DNA of 64,000 nt from Methylophilaceae bacterium (GTDB lineage: Bacteria > Pseudomonadota > Gammaproteobacteria > Burkholderiales > Methylophilaceae), in the NCBI GenBank assembly GCA_006844635.1, contig SPJO01000124.1, positions 13,655-77,654 on the forward strand, written 5' to 3'. The position numbers were made by a program, and so were the translations under genes. Numbering within the stretch: position 1 is the stretch's first letter; each line of letters begins with the position of its first letter. The notes under the pieces were generated by a model, which made no database searches, had not been told where the DNA came from, and was given only the letters and a program-made list of their open reading frames with translations. This document shows positions 19,197 to 28,806 of the stretch, piece after piece.

Positions 19197-20450
19197 ATGG
19201 CACATACACTTACATTCACTTTTGTTAGCTTACTCGTTTTCAGCACCATTATTCGAATCTGGCTAGGCAACAGACAAATTAACCATGTGCAGTCACACCG
19301 CGATGCTGTCCCTGTAGCATTTAGTGACAATATCACCCTGGATGCACACCAAAAAGCAGCCGACTACTCAAGCGCAAAGACACGTTTAAGTTTAATTGAA
19401 GTTCTGCTTAGTGCTGTTTTGTTGTTTGTGTTAACCATTGGCGGCGGTTTGCAATGGATTGATAACCAGTGGATGCAAGTCGTCCCCGACAGCACCATCA
19501 TTCGTGGCGCTTTAGTCATCACGAGTGCGATGCTGATCAGTAGCTTGTTTGATTTACCAGCTGATTATTACAAAACATTTGTCATTGATGAAAAATTTGG
19601 CTTCAACAAAATGACGCGCAGTATGTTCTTTACAGATTTAATCAAGCACAGCTTTGTTGGCATATTGCTAGGTGCCCCTATTTTGTTTGCTGCCTTATGG
19701 CTGATGCAAAGCGCAGGCAGCTATTGGTGGTTATATCTATGGGTTGTGTGGACCGTATTTAATATTGTAATGCTCGCGGTTTATCCAACCTTTATCGCAC
19801 CATTATTCAATAAATTCACACCGCTGGCGGATGAAAGCTTGAAAACAAGAATTGAGTCATTACTCACAAAGTGCGGTTTTAAGTCACAAGGACTGTTTGT
19901 CATGGATGGCTCCGTGAGAAGTAGCCACGGCAATGCTTACTTTACCGGTTTTGGTAGTAGTAAACGTGTTGTTTTCTTCGACACTTTGTTAGAGCGTCTT
20001 AATGGCGAAGAAATCGAAGCCGTGTTGGCGCATGAGCTTGGTCACTTCAAGCATAATCATGTGATCAAACGTATTCTGATGATCTTCTTGATGAGCTTCT
20101 TAGGTCTTGCATTACTAGGCTGGCTGATTAACCAGCCATGGTTCTTCCAAGGGTTAGGCGTGACAAGCGAAAGCAACTACATGGCATTGATGTTATTTAT
20201 GCTGGCATCACCCGTGTTCTTATTCTTCATTCGCCCTGTGATGGCAAGTTACTCACGTAAAAATGAATTTGAGGCAGATGATTATGCTGCAAAAAATGCG
20301 AATGCCAACCACTTAATTGAGGCGCTAGTGAAGCTATACCGTGACAATGCATCAACATTGACACCAGACCCGTTTCATTCAGCATTTTATGACTCACATC
20401 CACCTGCCAGTGCTCGCATTTCGAAACTAGCCGCGTATACTGGTAGCTGA
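19197..20450 (+). CDS. M48-family (Ste24/HtpX-like) integral membrane zinc metalloprotease
   Basis: 417-aa ATG ORF with multiple TM helices, the HExxH motif 'AHELGHFKHNH' and downstream 'EFEADDYA'. Confidence 0.85.
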   Translation: MAHTLTFTFVSLLVFSTIIRIWLGNRQINHVQSHRDAVPVAFSDNITLDAHQKAADYSSAKTRLSLIEVLLSAVLLFVLTIGGGLQWIDNQWMQVVPDSTIIRGALVITSAMLISSLFDLPADYYKTFVIDEKFGFNKMTRSMFFTDLIKHSFVGILLGAPILFAALWLMQSAGSYWWLYLWVVWTVFNIVMLAVYPTFIAPLFNKFTPLADESLKTRIESLLTKCGFKSQGLFVMDGSVRSSHGNAYFTGFGSSKRVVFFDTLLERLNGEEIEAVLAHELGHFKHNHVIKRILMIFLMSFLGLALLGWLINQPWFFQGLGVTSESNYMALMLFMLASPVFLFFIRPVMASYSRKNEFEADDYAAKNANANHLIEALVKLYRDNASTLTPDPFHSAFYDSHPPASARISKLAAYTGS

Positions 20451-20477
20451 GCCAATGACCTTTAGGGGAGATAACGC

Positions 20478-20789
20478 ATGATAAAGTACATCAGTTGTTT
20501 ATCTTTAAGCATGATTAGTACCATTGCGTCTGCCAATGGTTTCTTTGATAAGGCAGACATCAACGCAGGCAAAGCCTTGGTTCAAGAGAACTGTATCAGT
20601 TGCCATGCATCGAGTTATGGTGGCGACGGTTCTGAAATCTATACGCGCCCATTTCATAAAGTTGAGTCATCAGCTGCACTTGTGGCGCAAGTCAGAGCAT
20701 GTAGCACAAATTTAAACCTACAATGGTTTGAAGAAGACGAATTTAATGCCGCGGCATATTTAAATAAAGCTTATTACAAATTTGAGTAG
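20478..20789 (+). CDS. Small secreted c-type cytochrome-like protein
   Basis: 103-aa ATG ORF preceded by SD 'AGGGGAG'. It has a signal peptide ('LSLSMISTIASANG') and a single CxxCH haem-binding motif ('CISCH'). Confidence 0.6.
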   Translation: MIKYISCLSLSMISTIASANGFFDKADINAGKALVQENCISCHASSYGGDGSEIYTRPFHKVESSAALVAQVRACSTNLNLQWFEEDEFNAAAYLNKAYYKFE

Positions 20790-21675
20790 TAAGCCTGACA
20801 CATTGCAGGGTTTAGTCGTTGCTTCTTATGGCAAACGCTACCAAATAGAGCTTGCAGATCAAACCCGCATAAGTTGTGTGACACGTGGTAAGAAAACTGA
20901 TTTGGCCTGTGGCGATATCGTGCAGATTAAGCGCACAGACACAAATGAAGGCGTGGTTGAATCAAGCGAGACGCGCACTTCTCTACTCTACCGAAGCAAT
21001 GCCTATAAGAACAAAACTATTGCCGCCAATGTCACGCAAATGATTATTGTGCTGGCAACGCAGCCCAGCTTTTATGAGGCGCTGCTAAATCGTTGCCTTG
21101 TTGCCGCAGAGGCGGCTGGCATCAAGCCACTGATTGTACTTAACAAGTGTGACTTATCAGAAGCGAATGATGCCAAGAAAAAACTGAAGGTATATGAGGC
21201 ACTCGGCTACAATGTGGTTTACCTCGCGGCTAAAAAAGACATTCAACCGCTCATGCCTTACCTTAATGGTCACCAAAGTGTTTTAGTCGGTCAATCTGGG
21301 ATGGGAAAATCCACAATCATTAACGCCCTACTCCCTGACGCACAAGTGCGCACGCAAGAGGTGAGTGATACCTTAGATAGCGGCAAACATACAACTACCG
21401 CAGCACACTTATACCATTTAGACGCGAGCAGCACATTAATTGACTCTCCAGGCTTACAAGAATTTGGCTTAAATCATTTGGATGCAACAGCGCTAGAGTC
21501 AGCTTTCATCGAGTTCAGACCATACTTAGGGCAATGTCGGTTCAGTGACTGCAAACATCAGCATGAACCGGACTGCGCTATTATTGAAGCCACTGAATCA
21601 GGTAAAATAAACAGCGTTAGATTGCAGTTTTATACGCAATTCTTGCAAGAGCTATCATCAGCATCGATGTTTTGA
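20782..21675 (+). CDS. rsgA: Ribosome small-subunit-dependent GTPase A
   Basis: It has an OB-fold N-terminus, a circularly permuted GTPase ('VLNKCDL', 'GQSGMGKSTIINAL') and a C-terminal Zn knuckle ('CRFSDCKHQHEPDCA'). There is no in-frame ATG near the N-terminus. The ORF begins at TTG 20782 (alternative TTG at 20803) and overlaps the cytochrome stop codon. Confidence 0.9.
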   Translation: MSSKPDTLQGLVVASYGKRYQIELADQTRISCVTRGKKTDLACGDIVQIKRTDTNEGVVESSETRTSLLYRSNAYKNKTIAANVTQMIIVLATQPSFYEALLNRCLVAAEAAGIKPLIVLNKCDLSEANDAKKKLKVYEALGYNVVYLAAKKDIQPLMPYLNGHQSVLVGQSGMGKSTIINALLPDAQVRTQEVSDTLDSGKHTTTAAHLYHLDASSTLIDSPGLQEFGLNHLDATALESAFIEFRPYLGQCRFSDCKHQHEPDCAIIEATESGKINSVRLQFYTQFLQELSSASMF

Positions 21676-21696
21676 TAATGAAAGATTAAATTTGTC

Positions 21697-22629
21697 ATGA
21701 CAAAAACAGCTTTTATTTCTCACCCGGACACACTACTACACGTGATGGATGGCAGCCATCCAGAGTCTCCAGCGCGCATCACTGCCATTAAAAATGCCGT
21801 TTCAAACTCGACATTAAAAAACAAGTTGGCTTATTATGAAGCACCAAAAGCTACTAAAAAACAGATTTTGCTCGCCCACAGCCAACAGTATGTTGATTAT
21901 ATTTACGGTATAGCACCCAAAGCTGGGCTAGTTAGGCTAGATGCAGACACAGCCATGGGGCCAATGAGTTTATCCGCTGTGTTACATGCTACGGGCGCAG
22001 TCATACAAGCAACAGACTTGGTTATGTCAAAAGAGGCTGATAATGCTTTTTGTTGTATTCGCCCACCAGGACATCATGCAGGCCTAGCGAATAGCGCTGG
22101 CTTTTGTGTCTTTAATCATGTAGCAATAGGTGCCGCTTATGCCATGAAGCAATACAACCTCAAACGTGTTGCAATTATAGATTTCGACGTACACCACGGC
22201 GATGGTACAGAAGACATTTTTAAGGACAATCCAAATGTCATGCTGTGCTCCACATTTCAACACCCCTACTACCCACACCGTGGCGTTGAGTCTGCAAGTG
22301 ACCGTATGCTCAACATGCCGTTAAAGGCCAAAAGCGATGGGGCCACTATTCGCGCTATTTTTGAAAAAAAATTCAAACCTGCTTTAGTAAGCTTTAAACC
22401 TGACGTTATCTATATATCAGCTGGTTTTGATGCGCACATGAATGATCCCTTAGCTGACTTAGCGTTGACGAAAGAAGATTATGCTTGGATGACCACATTT
22501 ACCAAGCAGATTGTAAAAAAATGTAAGCATACTCGCATTATTTCTTCTCTTGAAGGCGGATATCATTTACCATCATTAGCTGAGAGCGCACTTGCGCATA
22601 TACAGCAATTAAACAGTAACAATGATTGA
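21697..22629 (+). CDS. Histone deacetylase-family (arginase-fold) Zn-dependent deacetylase / acetylpolyamine amidohydrolase-like
   Basis: 310-aa ATG ORF with HDAC motifs 'RPPGHHAG', 'GFCVFNHVAI', 'DFDVHHGDGTEDIF', 'SAGFDAH' and 'LEGGY'. Confidence 0.85.
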   Translation: MTKTAFISHPDTLLHVMDGSHPESPARITAIKNAVSNSTLKNKLAYYEAPKATKKQILLAHSQQYVDYIYGIAPKAGLVRLDADTAMGPMSLSAVLHATGAVIQATDLVMSKEADNAFCCIRPPGHHAGLANSAGFCVFNHVAIGAAYAMKQYNLKRVAIIDFDVHHGDGTEDIFKDNPNVMLCSTFQHPYYPHRGVESASDRMLNMPLKAKSDGATIRAIFEKKFKPALVSFKPDVIYISAGFDAHMNDPLADLALTKEDYAWMTTFTKQIVKKCKHTRIISSLEGGYHLPSLAESALAHIQQLNSNND

Positions 22630-24220
22630 TATCAAAAAAGAACAGATTCCAGCACACCAGCTTGAGCTCGGCATGTTTGTTGTCGAGCTAGATAAACCTT
22701 GGATTGAGTCCGACTTTCTCATGCAAGGCTTTGTATTAGACGATCAAGCTGACTTGGATAAAATGAAAGCCACATGCGACCATGTCTTTATTGATAGGAC
22801 AAGGTCTGTTGGGGTGCAGTTTGCCGCCAAAAAGAAAGTGGATGTTGCGATTAAACGCAAATCCACCGTGCGTATCAAAGCACCTAAGCAAAAACTGCCT
22901 GAGAATAAAAATACGCCAGTGATGAACAAAGCACGACGCGGTGAAAAAGTGGCCTTTATGGATGTGATTCGTGAAGTGCGAGGCTATCAAAAACCAAAGA
23001 ATGCAGAGCGCAACACAGAAGATGGCACTATTTTCAACATGCGTGCTGGCGGTGATGCAGTCTCACAGACGGCTTTACCATATGAAGCTGAAGCTAGTGG
23101 CGGTGGTCAAAAACAAACGTCAGGCGGTTTCATCGACAGTGTCGGTGGCTTTGTGAACGGTCTATTTAGCCGAAAAAAACTCAAATCTTCAGTAGATTTT
23201 GACATTGATGAAGGTGATGAATCAGTTCTTAACGGGCTTACCGAAGAAGAGAGAATCATTTACGAGCAAGAGCCGGCTGTTGAAGAAGAGATTTCGCAAA
23301 TTTACCCTGTGTATGAAGAATCTCAGTTAGTGACAAGAGATATTTTCGATGCCGTAGCAAACGAGCACCAAGTGGACATCAGCAGCGTGAGTGATGTACT
23401 AGATACAATGGTAGAAAGTATTGGGCGCACCCCTGATGCTTTGCTATGGTTAGCTAAACTGAAAAAAACTGATGGTCATGCCTATAACTTAGCGCTAAAT
23501 GTTTCCGTGACGCTTATGTCTTTTAATAGCTTTCTGGGTTTATCCAAAGATCAAATCAAAATATCAGGATTAGCCGGTTTATTGCAAGATGTTGGCAAAG
23601 CCAAACTCTCTTCTGATGTGCTGCTAAAGAAAGGGAAGCTGACCCGTGAAGAATATGAATACGCAAAAATCCATGTGAATGAAAGTTTGAACATATTAAA
23701 ACAAACACCTGACATTCCTCCAGAAGTCATTAAAATCGTCTCTGAACATCATGAGCGAGTGGATGGTAGTGGTTACCCTAAGCAATTAACAGAAGGTGAA
23801 ATAAGCTTAACATCGCAAACAGCAGGCCTGATTGATACCTATTGCGCAATGACTAATCATAGAAGTTATGCAGCAGGCGCTTATCATCAGCAGGCATTGG
23901 ATGAAATTCATAACCTTAGTGGCAAACAATTCACAACTGAAATTATTGACCAGCTCATTCAATTCATGGGCATTTATCCTGTGAGTTCATTGGTTGAACT
24001 CAATACAGGTGAAATTGGCGTGGTCATCCAACAAAACCAGGTGCGTAGGCTGCTCCCTCGCGTGATGTTATTGTTAGATCCAAATAAAGAACGTTACTCT
24101 TCTCCAGTTGTCTTAGACTTAATTCATCGGCCTAAAACACCGACTGGTGACTTCTATGGCATTAACAAAGGTGTGCCAGCCGATAGTTATGGTTTAAACC
24201 CTGGCGACTTTTATATCTAA
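22622..24220 (+). CDS. HD-GYP domain c-di-GMP phosphodiesterase with N-terminal DUF3391-like domain
   Basis: 532-aa ORF with the HD-GYP signature 'HHERVDGSGYP' and 'LQDVGK'. Its ATG overlaps the deacetylase stop (ATGATTGA, 8-nt overlap). Confidence 0.88.
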   Translation: MIDIKKEQIPAHQLELGMFVVELDKPWIESDFLMQGFVLDDQADLDKMKATCDHVFIDRTRSVGVQFAAKKKVDVAIKRKSTVRIKAPKQKLPENKNTPVMNKARRGEKVAFMDVIREVRGYQKPKNAERNTEDGTIFNMRAGGDAVSQTALPYEAEASGGGQKQTSGGFIDSVGGFVNGLFSRKKLKSSVDFDIDEGDESVLNGLTEEERIIYEQEPAVEEEISQIYPVYEESQLVTRDIFDAVANEHQVDISSVSDVLDTMVESIGRTPDALLWLAKLKKTDGHAYNLALNVSVTLMSFNSFLGLSKDQIKISGLAGLLQDVGKAKLSSDVLLKKGKLTREEYEYAKIHVNESLNILKQTPDIPPEVIKIVSEHHERVDGSGYPKQLTEGEISLTSQTAGLIDTYCAMTNHRSYAAGAYHQQALDEIHNLSGKQFTTEIIDQLIQFMGIYPVSSLVELNTGEIGVVIQQNQVRRLLPRVMLLLDPNKERYSSPVVLDLIHRPKTPTGDFYGINKGVPADSYGLNPGDFYI

Positions 24221-24259
24221 CGCTTATATTTAGCATCTGTTTCAGCATATACTATACGC

Positions 24260-25975
24260 ATGGACGAAACACACTTAGAAGAAGCTCATATTCATGAGGT
24301 TGAGATAACCTATACGTCAGGTGAAGTTGCAAGCAAACTCATTGCACACAGCTTAACGCCGCAACAAGTTTACGAAAAAACCACGATTAATCAAACCAAA
24401 CTAGCGTCATTACACTATGAGCTTGATTCTGGCTCCTCATTAATTACATTATGTGAATACATTAGCAGCTGGCCTTCAAGTAACGACCCTTTAATCTTCA
24501 CAAATAGTATTAACCAATTGATTTTTCACTGGATGCAAGCTATTGAAGCAGATGAAAGTACACAGACTATTTTATATATTTTAAAATGCTTTCAGATTAA
24601 ATCAGGCCTAAGCAATTCAAAAACAGCAAGGTTTCACTTATTTTTGAACGACCTCCTCATTGAAACTTTACAAAAATATCACCTAGCCACCTTAAGTTAC
24701 TTATTGAATTTCGATGAAGACTTAAACCTTGCTAATGCAAACCAAATCATCCCCCAGTTAACTGATGTTCTTTCTAGCGCGCATGATGACAAGCTCACCG
24801 CCTTATTATCACTACATTTCCAAACAGAAAATAATAACTTCTTGTTGCCGAAAGAGGTGTCTATTGAACTCAATCAACGGTTAGCAGAAATCATTAAGAT
24901 CAATGCCAGCGAAGACGCAAAATTGTTTTTTAGTGGTGACTCTCAATTTGACATCATTCTTCCAAAAATTAAAAACAAAACACAACTTGACCTAGCAAGA
25001 ATTAAGATCGCAGCTGCTTTTGAGGAGATTGTTTTTATTAATAAGCAGTCTATTTTAGTAAAGCCATTAATCGGTTGTGCATTTATACAAAGCAATCAAG
25101 AGTCAGCACAAACTATGTTTGAAAATGCTAGGCTTGCACTTGAACATGCAATTCTTAAGCAAAAGTATTATGTTGAATATAACAATGAATTAGAACAGTT
25201 CCTCAATGAACAAATTACACTCGAGTCAAAGGTATTAGAAGCATTCGACAGTAATAACTTAACACTAGCATTCCAACCAATTATTGACTCAAAGAAGTCT
25301 CAATGCGTTGGTGCTGAAGTACTGCTACGATGGTCTGATAAGTTTGGCCAGAACATCTCCCCCGCTCTCACCATAGAGGTGCTAAACAATGCAGGCAAGG
25401 GCAAACTCTTCACAAGGTGGCTAATTAATTCCACTTGTCGCTACGCCCATGAATTAACCGAAGAGAAGAATTTAGATCTTTACTTAACTGTTAATCTCCG
25501 CGCTGAAGATTTATACGATATGGAATTGCCGGCGCTATTTCAAAATGCGCTTAGCTTATGGAAACTCAACCCTGAGCATGTCATCTTAGAAATTACTGAG
25601 AATGGCATTTTAGAGCAGAATGAACAGACTAATACCGTCATTAATGCTTTATCAGAACTAGGGTTCAAATTTGCTTTAGATGACTTTGGCACTGGCTTTT
25701 CATCATTAACACGGCTACGGACATTGCCCATTGATTTAATTAAAATCGACCAATCCTTTGTTAAAAACATTAACAACTCCGAAGAGGACTATAAGATTGT
25801 TGAGTCGATTGCGATGCTTGCCACTAGCTTAGGTAAAGAGGTGTTGGCAGAGGGTATTGAAAATGAAGCCTGTTTAGTATTGATTAATCAACTCAATATT
25901 CATAAGTGCCAAGGCTACCACTTTTCTAAACCAATGCCTTATGATGATTATATTGAATTCGTAGAAAACTATTAG
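24260..25975 (+). CDS. EAL-domain c-di-GMP phosphodiesterase with degenerate GGDEF-like domain and uncharacterised N-terminal region
   Basis: 571-aa ATG ORF with an intact EAL catalytic set ('AEVLLRW', 'LEITEN', 'DDFGTGFSSL', 'KIDQSFV', 'EGIENE', 'QGYHFSKP'). The preceding domain has 'SGDSQF' in place of GGDEF. Confidence 0.85.
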   Translation: MDETHLEEAHIHEVEITYTSGEVASKLIAHSLTPQQVYEKTTINQTKLASLHYELDSGSSLITLCEYISSWPSSNDPLIFTNSINQLIFHWMQAIEADESTQTILYILKCFQIKSGLSNSKTARFHLFLNDLLIETLQKYHLATLSYLLNFDEDLNLANANQIIPQLTDVLSSAHDDKLTALLSLHFQTENNNFLLPKEVSIELNQRLAEIIKINASEDAKLFFSGDSQFDIILPKIKNKTQLDLARIKIAAAFEEIVFINKQSILVKPLIGCAFIQSNQESAQTMFENARLALEHAILKQKYYVEYNNELEQFLNEQITLESKVLEAFDSNNLTLAFQPIIDSKKSQCVGAEVLLRWSDKFGQNISPALTIEVLNNAGKGKLFTRWLINSTCRYAHELTEEKNLDLYLTVNLRAEDLYDMELPALFQNALSLWKLNPEHVILEITENGILEQNEQTNTVINALSELGFKFALDDFGTGFSSLTRLRTLPIDLIKIDQSFVKNINNSEEDYKIVESIAMLATSLGKEVLAEGIENEACLVLINQLNIHKCQGYHFSKPMPYDDYIEFVENY

Positions 25976-26025
25976 CTAGCTGCTATAATCGCCCATTCTA
26001 GCCAAGAGATAAATACAGAAGCACC

Positions 26026-26472
26026 ATGGAAATCACCACCCGCCTAGAGTTTGATGCTGGTCATCGCATTCCAAACCACAAAAGTCAATGTCGCAACCTG
26101 CATGGTCACCGCTATGTGATTGAAATTACATTAACGGGTAATATCATTGCGCAAGAAGATGCCTCTGAAAACGGCATGGTAATGGATTTTTCTGATGTAA
26201 AGCAGATAGCGAAAGAACGTTTAGTCAACTTATGGGATCATGCCTTCCTTGTCTACAAGAATGATGCTCCCGTTTTAGATTTCCTGAATTCATTGCCGTC
26301 ACACAAAACGGTTATATTCCCGACCGTACCGACAGCCGAGAATATGGCTGCGGAAGCCTTTAGAATATTAAATAGTGAGTACCAAGACACTTATGGCACA
26401 CAATTAAAATTAAGCCGTGTCAGACTCTATGAAACACCCAACAACTGGGCTGATGCCTCTCACTCGGGATAG
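26026..26472 (+). CDS. queD: 6-carboxy-5,6,7,8-tetrahydropterin synthase (QueD / PTPS family)
   Basis: 148-aa ATG ORF with PTPS-family motifs 'FDAGHRI' and 'CRNLHGHRY'. Confidence 0.85.
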   Translation: MEITTRLEFDAGHRIPNHKSQCRNLHGHRYVIEITLTGNIIAQEDASENGMVMDFSDVKQIAKERLVNLWDHAFLVYKNDAPVLDFLNSLPSHKTVIFPTVPTAENMAAEAFRILNSEYQDTYGTQLKLSRVRLYETPNNWADASHSG

Positions 26473-26481
26473 TAATTGTCT

Positions 26482-27378
26482 CTAAATTTGTAAATGCTGC
26501 ATGACTTCCTGCAGCCCGTGTTGCCAACTTGGCAAGCGCACACCAAACACACCTTCCAACTTGTCATTATTTAAACAAGAGTTAGCTGGCCTTGTTGCTG
26601 CGCTAGTATATTGATCTGATGTAGTTTCCAGAATACTGTCTACATTTGCCTTTAATACAGGCTTTTTACCTAAAACAAAGTATTCATTAACAATTTCTTG
26701 CGCAAAGCCATGCCAAGATGTACGGCCATTATTAGTCACATGATAGACACCTGTTTGTGAAGCTTCTTCCGAGTCCCATTGTTTAACTAAGTAATAAAGA
26801 GCATGTGCGATACTACGGCTGCTGGTTGGTGCACCAAACTGATCTGCAACAATATTTAACTGCTCTTTCTCACGTGCTAGACGTAACACTGTTTTTAGAA
26901 AGTTACTTCCATGAGCACTATAAACCCAGCTTGTACGTAAAATCAGATGCGGCAAACCTACACTTAATATCGCCTGCTCACCAGCCAGTTTGCTTTTACC
27001 ATAAACGCTTGTAGGCTTTTCTGTATCGGTCTCTATATATGGCGTCTCTTTTTTTCCATCATAAACGTAATCTGTAGAAAAATGAATGAGTGCAGACCCA
27101 ACTTTTGCAGCTTCTTCTGCAATCACTCGCGGTGCATCTGCATTAATTGCACATGCTAACTCTGGCTCCGACTCTGCTTTATCGACAGCCGTATACGCTG
27201 CTGGGTGTATTATTAAGTCTGGCTTAATCTCTTGAACCGTTCGCCGAATTGCTGATTGATCTGACAAATCAAGTTCATTTCGACTCAGGCCTACGACATT
27301 AAATTCACCAAGCACACCTGCTAAAGCGTGGCCTATTTGCCCACTCACGCCAGTGAGCATGATTTTTTCTGGCCTCAT
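26482..27378 (-). CDS. rfbD: dTDP-4-dehydrorhamnose reductase
   Basis: 298-aa ATG ORF with 'LTGVSGQIG' NAD(P) binding and 'STDYVYDG...YGKSKLAGE'. It is the last gene of the rfbBACD block. Confidence 0.9.
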   Translation of the reverse strand: MRPEKIMLTGVSGQIGHALAGVLGEFNVVGLSRNELDLSDQSAIRRTVQEIKPDLIIHPAAYTAVDKAESEPELACAINADAPRVIAEEAAKVGSALIHFSTDYVYDGKKETPYIETDTEKPTSVYGKSKLAGEQAILSVGLPHLILRTSWVYSAHGSNFLKTVLRLAREKEQLNIVADQFGAPTSSRSIAHALYYLVKQWDSEEASQTGVYHVTNNGRTSWHGFAQEIVNEYFVLGKKPVLKANVDSILETTSDQYTSAATRPANSCLNNDKLEGVFGVRLPSWQHGLQEVMQHLQI

Positions 27379-27380
27379 GT

Positions 27381-27929
27381 CTACCCAAATTTAGGCGCAT
27401 CATTGATAGACAGCCCAGCTAAGTCTTTATCTGAAAGGCTCGGTTCTACACCATTTAAAGGCCATTGAATACCAATATCAGCATCATTCCACTTAATAGC
27501 ATGCTCAGCTTTTGGCGCATAAAAATCAGTTGTTTTATATAAGAACTCTGCCGTGTCTGATAAGACGAGGAAGCCATGTGCAAACTTTGGTGGCACCCAC
27601 ATCATTCTTTTATTCTCAGAAGACAACTTCTGACCAACCCACTGACCAAAGGTTTTTGATGATTTTCGCAAATCCACAGCAACATCAAACACTTCACCTT
27701 GTGTCACACGCACTAATTTACCCTGTACATTTTCTGTTTGATAATGTAAGCCGCGCAAAACATGCTTTGTTGATTTGGAATGATTATCTTGCACAAAATT
27801 AACGTTTAAACCTGTAGCTTCTTGAAAAACCCGTGCATTAAAGCTTTCATAAAAAAAGCCTCGGTCATCGCCAAAAACTTTAGGCTCGAACAAGACAACG
27901 TCCGGAATATTTGTCTTAATTACCTGCAT
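27381..27929 (-). CDS. rfbC: dTDP-4-dehydrorhamnose 3,5-epimerase
   Basis: 182-aa ATG ORF with 'FGDDRGFFYESF', 'RGLHYQ' and 'KLVRVTQGEVFDVAVDLR'. Its start overlaps the rfbA stop (TAATG). Confidence 0.93.
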   Translation of the reverse strand: MQVIKTNIPDVVLFEPKVFGDDRGFFYESFNARVFQEATGLNVNFVQDNHSKSTKHVLRGLHYQTENVQGKLVRVTQGEVFDVAVDLRKSSKTFGQWVGQKLSSENKRMMWVPPKFAHGFLVLSDTAEFLYKTTDFYAPKAEHAIKWNDADIGIQWPLNGVEPSLSDKDLAGLSINDAPKFG

Positions 27930-28804
27930 TAAAAAACCCGTTCTGTTAGCATTTGTGTTAAATATTGACCGTAACCATTTTTCGCATACTTTTTCGCCAT
28001 TACCTTAACCTGATCCGCATCAATAAAACCCATGCGATAAGCAATTTCTTCAGGACATGCAACCTTTAAGCCTTGGCGTTTCTCAATTGTTTGAATAAAT
28101 GATCCAGCCTCTAATAAAGAGTCATGTGTGCCGGTATCTAACCAAGCCATACCACGCCCCATCACCTCAACATGTAAATCACCACGCTCTAGGTATAGTC
28201 GATTTAAATCAGTAATTTCTAGCTCTCCACGTGGTGATGGTTTTAAATCTTTAGCCATTTGCACCACATCATTATCATAAAAATATAAACCTGTGACCGC
28301 ATAACGAGATTTTGGCTTCGCAGGTTTTTCTTCTAAACTAATCGCTGTACCACTCTCATCAAACTCAACAACACCGTAACGCTCAGGGTCATGCACTGGG
28401 TAAGCAAATACGGAAGCTCCTTTTTCTCGGTTAGCTGCATTTTTAGCCATTTGCGCTAGTTCATGCCCGTAAAAAATATTGTCACCTAATACCAAGGCAC
28501 AAGCATCATCGCCGATAAATTCTTCACCCAAAATAAAAGCTTGTGCCAAACCATCTGGAGACGGTTGAACGGCATAGCTGATGTCCATACCCCACTGACT
28601 GCCATCGCCCAGTAAGTTTTTAAACCTTGGCGTATCCTGTGGCGTTGAAATCACTAACACCTCTCTAATACCACCTAGCATTAATGCAGACAGTGGATAG
28701 TAAATCATTGGTTTGTCATAAACAGGCAATAACTGTTTAGATACTACTTCAGTAACAGGATAAAGACGTGTACCAGAACCGCCTGCTAAAATAATGCCCT
28801 TCAT
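27929..28804 (-). CDS. rfbA: Glucose-1-phosphate thymidylyltransferase
   Basis: 291-aa ATG ORF with '[16 protein letters not shown]' and 'LGDNIFYG'. Confidence 0.95.
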   Translation of the reverse strand: MKGIILAGGSGTRLYPVTEVVSKQLLPVYDKPMIYYPLSALMLGGIREVLVISTPQDTPRFKNLLGDGSQWGMDISYAVQPSPDGLAQAFILGEEFIGDDACALVLGDNIFYGHELAQMAKNAANREKGASVFAYPVHDPERYGVVEFDESGTAISLEEKPAKPKSRYAVTGLYFYDNDVVQMAKDLKPSPRGELEITDLNRLYLERGDLHVEVMGRGMAWLDTGTHDSLLEAGSFIQTIEKRQGLKVACPEEIAYRMGFIDADQVKVMAKKYAKNGYGQYLTQMLTERVF

Positions 28805-28806
28805 CC

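Noticed and set aside
25976-26025. Possible preQ1 riboswitch upstream of queD
   Set aside because: The spacer is only 50 nt, and I could not recognise the preQ1-I stem plus A-rich tail pattern. Not called.
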